Source: Nemertoderma westbladi
Lineage: Eukaryota; Animalia; Xenacoelomorpha
Direction of reading: 5' to 3'
NCBI GenBank assembly: GCA_032718475.1
Contig: JAUCBJ010005821.1
Coordinates: forward strand, 1 to 60,392
DNA: 60,392 bases
Below are positions 12,001-24,000 of this stretch, piece by piece. Position 1 is the first letter of the stretch. Each line of letters begins with the position of its first letter. Below the pieces are notes generated by a model. The model made no database searches. It was given only the letters and a program-made list of their open reading frames with translations, and was not told the DNA's origin. The position numbers were made by a program, and so were the translations under genes.

Positions 12001-15000
12001 CAACCCTGGAACCTTTATAGTTAGTGACGTCATTGTATCTTTATCTGATATACAAAATTATGAAAATAAGTTAATTACTTAATTGTTTTGAAAATAATAT
12101 TGGAAAAACTTTGTTTTAGTTTATGTAAAATCTGGAAAGTTTCTTATAATTACTATAGGGTCTACAGTACATAATAATAGTAGCATTCTACTATTATTTT
12201 CCATGTCAGAAGACTGCCAGGTAGTGATTCTGCATCAGTAGAATGCGTTTATATAAATTTTTACGGTTATAAAAGTACGCAAATGTAAATGTAACGTAAA
12301 ATAGGCGTGTATCCAATAATATTGCCACTATGTTGTCTTGCAATTTGGGTTTACGGCCCTTTACGAGTTTTCATAAAATTTGAACAGGATATTATATTTT
12401 AGCATCCGAGAATGACTGAAAATTGAATTTCAGATAATTGTTATGGTAAACATTAATGTATTTCAGACACAAAGTGCCAAACATCTGGTGACACCAATCT
12501 ACCGAGTTATACGTCAATATTACAATACTCACAGAAACATTCTACCAATATAAGAAGTTGTGAAAGTTAGTATTATTTCGTCGAGCCGGGAATAAATTGT
12601 AGTAGTATGCCGAGTAACTAATGTAAGTACAGGTGGGGTGTAGCACCCCCCCCCCCCCCCCCCCCACCCTATTTTGGAAATTGACAAAAACGTTTTTTTT
12701 TTATTCTATCATGTGCCGAATTGAATGAAGATTTCAAATCTGCAAACAGTTTTCTATCTTTTCTCAAACTCAAGTTATTACCCAAAACGTAAGAACTAGT
12801 TTTAAAAATATTTGATTTGGTTATTCTCACACAGTCCAGACGATGTTTAGTAGCACAAAAAATATTTTTCACCAAATTTTAGGGTCCAAGAGACACAAAA
12901 ATGTGAGGTTCAATTTGGGGGTGCTACCCCCCCTTAAAGTAATGAATGTGAGAATCTTTTAGACTCGTTAGGCCAAGGATTGTCTGTTCACCACGATGGC
13001 TGATCTTCCACACAGTAAACCCTTCCACTCTGTTTCCTAAAGGAATGCCTGTTCACCACCATGGGTGATCTTCCACAGTAAACCCTTCCACTATGTTTCC
13101 TAAAGGAATGTCTGGTCACCACCATGGGTGATCTTCCACAGTAAACCCTTCCACTCTGTTTCCTAAAGGAAAGCCTGTTCACCACCATGGGTGATCTTCC
13201 ACAGTAAACCCTTCCACTCTGTTTCCTAAAGGAATGCCTGTTCACCACCATGTATGTGTGATCTTCCACAGTAAACCCTTCCACTCTGTTCCCCAAAGGA
13301 ATGCCTGTTAACCATCATGTATGATCTTCCACAGTAAACCCTTCCACTCTGTTTCCCAAACGAATGCCTGTTCACCACCATGGGTGATCTTCCACAGTAA
13401 ACCCTTCCATTCTGTTTACTAAAGGAATACCTGGTCACCACCATGAGTGATCTTCCATAGTAAACCGTTCCTCTCTGTTTCTTAAAGGAATGCCTGTTCA
13501 CCACCATGGGTGATCTTCCACAGTAAACCCTTCCACTCCGTTTCCTAAAGGAATGCCTGTTCACCACCATGGGTGATCTTTCACAGTAAACCCGTCCACT
13601 CTGTTTCCTAAAGGAATGCCTGTTCACCTCCATGAGTGTTCTTTCACAGTAAACCCTTCCACTCTGTTTCCTAAAGGAATGCCTGTTCACCACCATGGGT
13701 GATCTTCCACAGTAAACCCTTCCACTATTTTTCCTAATGAATGACTGTTCCACCATGGGTGATCTTCCACAGTAAACCCTTCCACTCTGTTTCCTAAAGG
13801 AATGCCTGTTCACCAACATGGGTGATCTTCCACAGTAAACCCTTCCACTCTGTTTCCTAAAGGAATGTATGTTCACCACCATGGGTGATCTTCCACAGTA
13901 AACACTTCCACTTTGTTTCCTAAACGAATACCTGTTCACCACCACCATGGGTGATCTTCCACAGTAAATAAACCCTTCCACTCTGTTTCCCAAAGGAATG
14001 CCTGGTCACCACCATGGGTGATCTTAACAGTAAACCCTTCCATTCTGCTTACTAAAGGAATACCTGGTCACCACCATGAGTGATCTTCCATAGTAAACCC
14101 TTCCTCTCTGTTTCCTTAAGGAATGCCTGTTCACCACCATGGGTGATCTTCCACAGTAAACCCTTCCACTCCGTTTCCTAAAGGAATGCCTGTTCCCCAC
14201 CATGGGTGATCTTTCACAGTAAACCCGTCCACTCTGTTTCCTAAAGGGGTTGCCTGTTCACCTCCATGAGTGTTCTTTCACAGTAAACCCTTCCACTCTG
14301 TTTCCTAAATGAATGCCTGTTCACCACCATGGGTGATCTTCCACAGTAAACCCTTCCACTATTTTTCCTAATGAATGACTGTTCCACCATGGGTGATCTT
14401 CCACAGTAAACCCTTCCACTCTGTTTCCTAAAGGAATGCCTGTTCCCAACATGGGTGATCTTCCACAGTAAACCCTTCCACTCTGTTTCCTAAAGGAATG
14501 TCTGTTCACCACCATGGGTGATCTTCCACAGTAAACACTTCCACTTTGTTTCCTAAAGGAATACCTGTTCACCACCACCATGGGTGATCTTCCACAGTAA
14601 ACCCTTCCACTCTGTTTCCCAAAGGAATGCCTGGTCACCACCATGGGTGATCTTAACAGTAAACCCTTCCATTCTGTTTACTAAAGGAATACCTGGTCAC
14701 CACCATGAGTGATCTTCCATAGTAAACCCTTCCACTCTGTTTCCTAAAGGAATGCCTGTTCACCACCATGGGTGATCTTCCACAGTAAATCCTTCCACTC
14801 TGTTTCCTAAAGGAATGCCTGTTCACCACAATGGGTGATCTCCCACAGTAAACCCTTCCACTCCGTTTCCTAAAGGAATGCCTGTTCACCACCATGGGTG
14901 ATCTTTCACAGTAAACCCGTCCACTCTGTTTCCTAAAGGAATTCCTGTTCACCACCATGGGTGTTCTTTCACAGTAAACCCTTCCACTCTGTTTCCTAAA

Positions 15001-18000
15001 GGAATGCCTGTTCACCACCATGGGTGATCTTCCACAGTCAACCATTCCACTCTGTTTGCTAAAGGAATGCCTGTTCACCACGATGGCTGATCTTCCACAC
15101 AGTAAACCCTTCCACTCTGTTTCCTAAAGGAATGCCTGTTCACCACCATGGGTGATCTTCCACAGTAAACCCTTCCACTCTGTTTCCTAAAGGAATGTCT
15201 GTTCACCACCATGGGTGATCTTCCACAGTAAACACTTCCACTTTGTTTCCTAAAGGAATACCTGTTCACCACCACTATGGGTGATCTTCCACAGTAAACC
15301 CAACCAGTCTGTTTCCTAAAGGAATGCTTGTTCACCACCATGGGCGATCTTCCACAAATTGGGCTAGGCTGCAGCATTTTAAAGCATTGTGCCCATGCAG
15401 TGCTGCCCCATGTACGGATCGTACCAGGAATGTCACCTCTAGACCACATGCTGCTGCTTGCTACTGAAGTAATGATGAGGTAATACTCTCTTTTTCCATA
15501 TTTTTGGTACTTGGTTTGTTGGTTCAGCGTGCCCACGTACTGTACTTACACCGACGGACTTCCACCATGAAGTTCATGTCCCAGAACAGCGCGTTTTTTG
15601 CTAAACCCCAATGGAACCTCCCTCACCCAACCATGATACCTGGTTTATACTTGGCTTGGGAGAGTAAAGAATAGGGTTAGATAGTGAGATGATTTATGGA
15701 TGGTAGTAGAACAGCTTTCCGCAGTTTGTGCCTTTATTGCGAACAAAACGATTTTATGAAGAAACTTCCGCCATACCGAGAAGTCGTCCTTAAATGGGGG
15801 AACATGCGAGCCTTGCCTTAACTATCAATACTCATTGATTGTGATGAGGTGCCAAGAATCGATCATCTGGGGCCTTCATTCAGTTTGAAGAATATCCTGA
15901 CTGACACATGTAATCTGTGATGTAATTTTGGGCAGGGCCGATCAGGATGAACAATTGTTGGACTGGGAGGCAATGGAAGGACATGCATTGCAATATATTG
16001 AATGTAATTAAATTAAGACTGGAATGATACAGAATGGATGAGACAGTGGCCAACAATAATTGTTTCACTCTCTTTCCTGATGACCTTTCTAGCCCAAACC
16101 GTGGGTCACCAGGAAGGTCTGATTATGAGGGGGAGAGCGATACTGGTGAGAATGGGTTGTTTTTTTGGTTGGGATGCAGTTCAAGAAGCTAACTGGGAAG
16201 CTGTGTAGTCATATTGTATGTAGCATTCCATTTGTAACCTCATAAAGGCCAAAGTTGAAATGTTGAAAGCATTTTTCCTATCTTTATTTATTTTTATTCC
16301 AATTTCGAAACTGTGAACATCACATTTTCTGCCAGTTTGTTTGAGAGATACTTTACTAAACCAAGAACGTATTTGTGTGGAGAGAGGCTTTGGGATAGTA
16401 GATATAATTTGTGATAGATTGAATTGGGTGGATTTTCAGCCATAGTGTATATAAGATGATTGGTTAATACCAAGTATAGACTTAACATAATTCAACAACC
16501 TGTTACAGGAGCAGAGACCAGTACAGGGATAATAATTTTGATGGATCAAGCTGGTGATAAATGGGGTCTCATTCATAAGGACAAGAATCCGCTATCTTTA
16601 ACTTCCAAATATACTATTCCCTGTACCACCGTTGTTGCTGATGAACTTAGAGTAACACAGCACCCATCATCAGGAATGATTCGATTTATTGATCCTACAA
16701 TTTGAAATTGAACTCGTTAAACTATGGCCGTCGAAACTACGGACCGACTCAATGGACGTTTTTGAGTTTATTCACTAACTCCACCAAGCTCACTGCTGAC
16801 CTACGGTACTGTATGAGCATTGGACATCAACCTGTCAGTCATTGTAAGGGTGAGAGTGTATGTTTGTGTCAGTGTTGTCAGATACTGCATTACATTCTTA
16901 GTTTTAGATTTTGTGCGGATATGTTTATTATATGTTTATTATCTAATATTAAATTATTGTTACAGAGAGATGCGATGACCCCACTGCTTTCTATGATTTC
17001 CCCACGTCTTCCTCTCAACCAACTTGCGGACCCTTATGTTCACCGTATGTTACTGCCCCCAACTGCTACTGTAACGCGATGGGCAGTTTTTGTGGGTGCA
17101 GTGAAGGTCACCATATGATGCAGGGAAGGACATGTGAAGGTTTGTAAGCGTGAACGTTTTACCATCTTTACCATTTAAACAATCATGTATTTTGCTTTAG
17201 CATCAATAGCTACTAACTCTTACATAACATCATCACATCAACATAACATCAATTAGGCTGTTGATGGAGTCCTTAATATGAACAACCATGACAAGCATAA
17301 ACTTGTACAATTGGAATTTCTTTTATATTGGTAAATTTGAGGTCCTGTTTAATCTTATTTAATTTTTTCAGCTCATTGTCGGCCCGGCTTTCCCCACTGT
17401 CGGTGTTCCTCCGATCCATTTTCCTCGTCTGTATGCGACTGCGAACCAACCCACCAACATACCAGGGACAGAGCTTGTCGCAGTAAGTTTACCAACAATA
17501 CATTCTTATAGAACAGTATTATCATGCACCCATTTTAATAACTTTAGCTATTACCGTTTCATTGTTTGATCTTACAGGGGTTGAATGCAAGCGCGGTACC
17601 CCATGGTGTCAGTGCGACCCCGAGCATGAATCATATCCTTGTCGCTGTCAGATTGGCTACATTAGTGATCCTATAAATACTGGATATTGTATTGGTGAGT
17701 TTATATACATGATGAATTCTTTGTTTTTGTTTTTTGTACTATTTTTTTTAGTTTTTATAGCAGTAGTAGAAGTTAGTAGTTGCTATTAGATACAGCCACA
17801 AAAGAACATACATCACCATTAATTTATACCTTTTGGATAGACCATATTATTATAAACAAAAAGAACTTTAATATGAATTGTATACTGTACAAACATATTT
17901 AGTAAAGACACATAGCATAATAAATATTTCGACTCATCTCTGGATAAAACGTAATCCGTAAAAAGTACTGTAAAAATGGCTCATAGACATCAGTTACTGG

Positions 18001-21000
18001 ACATAAAGTAAAACACTTGGTATCTGACTCCACTGTTCCTTTTATACATAAAGTGCGAGGCTTTAAACTGAACCTAGTATGTAATTAATTGTACTCTACT
18101 ATAAGACCAGGTCTCATCTATGCCTGTGTCCTTAAATGGAATTTACTGAAAATGAGTTTCAGTTTCGTGTAGTTCTGGGTAACCACACGGGAAATATATC
18201 CTAAGACATTTAGGGTAATCCCATCATCAACTTTACGACTGAAGAAACTACCTAAACTTACCTAAAATTATATTTCGAATTGGATGTACAGAGAGTCATT
18301 GCTATGAATATACAAGCTGCAAAAGTATACTACAAGTGATGTGTTGTACATACAATACTGTAGGGTAGTTTCGTGTCTGATATTGCCGAATGTGATAGGC
18401 TGCGGCAATATTCTTTTATTTTTCAGGATACTTCTGTGAACCAGCGAACCAGGGGTGGGTGGATGCTACTCACAACGGTGCTGAAACTGATCTTGACCAA
18501 ATAAACAAGATATGCGACGATTGTGATTCTTTGTCTGTAACCCAGGTTCGTAATGACTCATTACAGTATTAATGACTATTAATACCTGTTGGTTTATTTT
18601 ACTTGCTTTATTTCGACATGTAACAGATCATGCAATCATGAGTAATGGTAATGTTGTACATAATCATGGTACAGTGCGATTACTAGTGTGCTACTGTACA
18701 TAACTTGTTGTGCTGCTGATTGGTTCGGTCGTTGGTTTATATTTCTCAATCCATAATTTTAATATTTTATTAATTAATAGTTTTATAATATAAATCAAAA
18801 AAGTTTTTAGCCAGTAACAGTTTTTATTAATTTAATATCACAGTAAAAATATAATTTATTTGTATAAAGTAAAATAATTATCACAGTAAAATAATTTTTT
18901 ATTAAAATATATATAAAATAAACCGAATGCATTTGGCCCTAATGGCTCTTCAGCGGTAAAATATTTTAAGTGGCATCAAATTACTGTGTATAAGAGTTAT
19001 AACATAAGAGGGTCTAATACCAATATCTATTTATGTAAATTAGTTAAAGTTCCATTGTATAGAATATCTTTGTTGAACCTATTGTTAGGCTCCTATTGTT
19101 GAGGTTCAGATTAGTGGTGGTTGGGACTTCCCCCTATATATAGTTTTATATATATTAATTAATTGATTTGTTAATTTTTAAGGGTCGTTCGAAATGTAGG
19201 TGCAAAGAAGGCACCGTTTCCAATGTTGTCACAACAGATGTGTTTCAAGGAAGGATGTGTGTTAAACATGAGAGCACGTGTACATCTAGTGAAATTCAGC
19301 CGGGTCCGTACTATTGTACAGGTAATTATTGGAGCACGTGTACATCTAGAGAGATTATCAGTACTATTGTACAGGTAATTATTGGAGCGCGTGTACATCT
19401 AGAGAGGTTATCAGTACTATTGTACAGGTAATTATTGGAGCACGTGTACATCTAGAGAGGTTATCAGTACTATTGTACAGGTAATAAAACAAATTATTAG
19501 TGGATCGGTGACGTCTAAAGGCAATTAATCTAAAGGCAATTAATCTAAAGGCAATTAATCTAAAGGCAATTTCCTGAAAATAAATAAAATTTTGAAATAG
19601 AATATATTTAACTACAGTACTTAAAGGGCGCCTGCTAAATCCCATGCGATATATTGCAGATTGTTTAGTCTGATATCCCTCCTAACATAAATTAGCAAGC
19701 ATTTCAAATTTTGTTTAAAATCATTTTTACAAATACCAAATAAATACCTGACACAAAAAATGTTACTACTGTATCTTTATTTTATTCGTCTTATTATATT
19801 TTTTATGCCAAACAATTTATATTATTTTTATTGCAGATGAATGTGAAGCTGGTTATCCTAAATGCTCCTGCACATATCGTCCAACTCTTGGAGAAGTTAA
19901 ATGTTTCTGCGAATCGGGATTTACATTGCAGTGGGACAAAACATGTCTCGGTAAATATCGACGCCGTTGGTTTATATACAAGTACTTTACAGTGTTTTGG
20001 TCCTCGTGGTTTTATTTGAATTTACTTGAACTACATTCGTTCATTAAACAAACTCCTCAGATCGGTACATTGGCGATGCGCAACAATGGCAAGATCGTAG
20101 GTCACGTTATTGATCACATTACTGGTCACGTTATTGATCACATTACTGGTCACGTTATTGATCACGTATATCGAGTATAATACTACTCTCTCTACAAACT
20201 ACTCTTGAGTCATAAACATTTATTTAAACCTTTATACCAAATTGAAATTGTAAATAAATATTTAATATATAAAGCTATATGCACATTCAAAAAGTGCCAA
20301 TTGAAAATAATTATGGGCCTACTTACACCTACAATGTGGAATAACGTACAATAGATAATAATATACAATCCCTGTGAAATATGAAGCAATTTCTAAAGCA
20401 TACAAACACAATAACTTTTATATAAAGGTGATTAACAAGATATCATACTACATTTAAACATAATATTCTAATTTCTAATTAATATTTCTAATCGATATTT
20501 TACTAATATTAATATTGCTAATTTTCTTTTCATAATTTCGTTTGAATGAAAATAAAGTAAATTATAAATATATATATAAAAATATAAATATAAAGTAAAT
20601 TGAAAATAATGTAAAATATCCCAGGTTCAGTAAGTTTATACCATTAAATCTCCTACAGCGATTACATGATATTGCAGTTGTTATATTATAGCTATTTTAT
20701 CAATTATTTTTAGCTACACAATGTGTTGCGAACTACCCATTCTGTAAAACATTTAGTTTACGCGATATCAATGATTATATGATCTGCGATGTTGGATACA
20801 CACACGACACACGAGGGGGCGTATACGAAGGCCATTGCATAGGTGAGTGTGATGTTTGATACACACACGATACACTAGGTGGCGTATACGAAGGACATTG
20901 TATAGGTGAGTGCGATGTTTGATACACATCCTATACACAAGGGGGCGTATACGAAGGACATTGTCTAGGTGAGTGAGAAGTTTGATACACACACGATACA

Positions 21001-24000
21001 CTAGGTGGCGTATACGAAGGACATTGTATAGGTGAGTGCGATGTTTGAAACACATCCTATACACAAGGGGGCGTATACGAAGGACATTGTCTAGGTGAGT
21101 GAGAAGTTTGATACACACACGATACACTAGGTGGCGTATACGAAGGACATTGTATAGGTGAGTGCGATGTTTGAAACACATCCTATACACAAGGGGGCGT
21201 ATACGAAGGACATTGTATAGGTGAGTGAGAAGTGAATGAATGAATGCAGAAGTCCATTTATAGTATAATCCTTTTGATTTGTAGGTTACGAATGTGAACC
21301 AGGAATAGGCGATCCATTTTGTACGGGATGTGAAGAAGAACAATCTTCAAAAAATCTTTGCAAATGCCAAGAAGGTTACGAACCAACAATGTACAAAGGC
21401 AAAAGGCGATGCATAAGTTAGTACGTCTTATTGAATATATACAAAATGAATGTAGAAAGTTAATTAAACTTAAATAATAAAACGTCCAGATACTTCGCGT
21501 GTGACAGTATATATACTAGTAATATTCTATGTTTTAGAGTTACCGTGCAAATCGAATCGTGCAATAATGACTTCTACTCTTACTGTATGTCCATTTTATT
21601 TCCAGTAACATATTTAAATATCTATACGTCTATAAAAATCAAATTCTGTCTGTCTCTCTCTTCTGTCTTCGTCTGTCTGTAGTTCCATACTGATAGTATG
21701 ACGGCAGAAAGTAAAGCAGAACGGATGAATACATGTACAGTACCTATCAGTGATGACTATTTATAGCTGCTGTTGCTTTGTTGGGAACAATAATTCGAGA
21801 CCATTTTGTCTTGGCACAGTCTACAGTATTCCTAAGAAGATTGTCGATTCGTATTCTGCAAAGTCAAGATGTATTCTTTCAAATGGTTCTATTGGTTCTG
21901 GCATTGGACATGTTGTGACATGAACCTCTTTCACACATCTCTGGCAACTTTCACAACTTTTCACATGCCTTTTTTTATTACAACGTAATCATTGAATTTG
22001 TGAAAAACTACTAATTTTATAATTATGCGGCTCAGAAGCCCCATAGTTTGAGTTTAGTTTAGACATTTGTACCGTGTTAACCCGTCTATATCTCGTTTTG
22101 CAAAATTGCATGCCTCTTCATAATTTCGGGCAACTTAAATCGTGGTAGCAATTCTGTAGCTATAGATTCATTCGCTATGCCTGCAAGCAATTGTTCTTTC
22201 AGCCTGCTGTCCAGGCTTGTTCCAAATTTACAGTAGCGTGACCCAGAGTGTAGACGTTTAACAAAATCAGTTACAGATTCTGCAGGCAATTGCTGCAATC
22301 TAATAAATTTGCGTACTTCAGCCTCTTCGTTTATGGATGATTGAAAATAATCATTGAGAGCATCTATAATGACTGTAAATGTAGAATCATTGATGTCTAC
22401 TGGGTAAATAATATCTATTATTATTTCAAGGAGGTCAGTTCCACAATTTGAAATTAGAATTTTCCTTTTTTCTTCTTCGGGGTTACTGTCATCTGGTATT
22501 CTGACAGAATTTATAATTGTTAAAATCATGGTTATATAGACGCTCCATTTGTCTGTTTGTTTGAAAGGTTTAAATATAAACAGCCTTGTATATACAGGGG
22601 CTGCCGCTGCCATTGTATGTATATAAATGTTTATTTGGCTGTAGATCTAGGCCTACCACCAGTAGTCTGACAAGTATTGCTCTTTATATCAGTAATGAGT
22701 ACCAGTGTACAGTGGCGTAGCTGATGTTTGTGGCAGGGGGGGCCCCGCTACGATTTTGGCGCCCCCCCCCCCCCCTCTCCCTACCCCCACCCCCCCTTAG
22801 AGAAAATAATTAATTAATTGAACTTTTTGTGGGACTGTTTTCTAGACCTACACCTCTTCCTGTTGTTTGACCCACTGGGTTTCTGACTCGCGTACCATTA
22901 CTCATTATAATTATTTTACCATCAGCAGAGAACAGAAGAATAGTCAAAATTGTTTTATTAATATAGATATAGTTCAGTTTGTGATAAGTATAGCAATTTA
23001 TAGGGCATAAATGTAAATAAAAATACATGTAAGCTGGTAAGCGGGATGGATTCTTTGTGTTGGGGTTGGTTGGGTATCAAGACAATAAAGAAAAGTTAAC
23101 ACATGTCAGTATGAAACGAGATTATGCAGTTAAGTTCAGTACCCAGTGCAGTTGTTAGTTATTGTAGGCGAATTTATGGTGGGCCCTACCACCTATAGTA
23201 CTGCGCCTGCGCCCGAACTTCCCATGGGACCTAACAACAGAACAACACTTTGCCAGCAAGCACATCTGGATTCACAGACTTAATACTGTAATTTAGAGGT
23301 CTATGCCAGTATGCTACAGCTACAGTGAGACAAATATCAGTGCAATAGCAGTATACGGTAAGTTGATATTCACTACAATTAAATGTATTACCCAGTTTGT
23401 TAATATAATATTAATATTATTAAATATTTAATTACTCTAAAAGACACTGATGAAATATTATAAAATTAACAGATTCTGAACCAGGTGATTAAAAGTCTCG
23501 AAAAATGCTATATTTTGGTCTGGGCATTTTTTATAATATATATAGCATTATTATAAATAGTATTACTAATTTATTTTGTAATTTTAAGAAAAAGACACCA
23601 GCAAAAGATTTTGAAAATATCAGGGTCGGAATCAGGGTGTTGAAGTGTACCAAAAAATGAAATCAGTTAGTTTGGGCATTTTTATTTTATAAAACGTTGG
23701 TTCAGCCCAACCGTGCAGTACAACTCAGTACAGTAGAGTACTGGACTCTACTGTACTGCTGTATATCACAAATTACATCACATGCAAGGCTTGCTTTATA
23801 GTGATACAGTACGACAAGCAGTAATGAGAAAATGGTACTAAAATACCGGTGCATGTCAATAGAATAGGCCAATAGGACAAGTCCCTAAAAGGTGCCACCC
23901 TGCTCCATAGCGCGGGAAATTCAAATGATTGGAAGACATGTTATTAGTACTGGAAAGGGTGGCAGATCAGATCTGCCACCTATATATTGGCGGTAAATTC

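Noticed and set aside
7202-15536. Long ORFs with RHSFRKQSGRVYCGRSPMVVN repeats
   Set aside because: Translations of the 63-bp satellite; frequent frameshifts and stops, present in both orientations
15560-16490. Possible LINE relic on the minus strand
   Set aside because: Only weak motif hints; too degraded to assign
16509-16849. Possible extra host exon (ttacag … gtgaga)
   Set aside because: Needs a frameshift (341 nt, stop at 16703); the gene model is in phase without it
19514-20165. Short 15-bp and 24-bp tandem repeats (also 58700-58752) and poly-G/C runs
   Set aside because: Ordinary slippage repeats; homopolymer lengths may be sequencing artefacts
21538-21584. Possible micro-exon after 21416
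   Set aside because: Either acceptor choice breaks phase or creates a stop when joined to 36199; would need an unseen partner exon
23726-23758. Small palindrome cagtacagtagagt-actgg-actctactgtactg
   Set aside because: Could be a Tc1/pogo remnant, but too short and without a distinctive TSD
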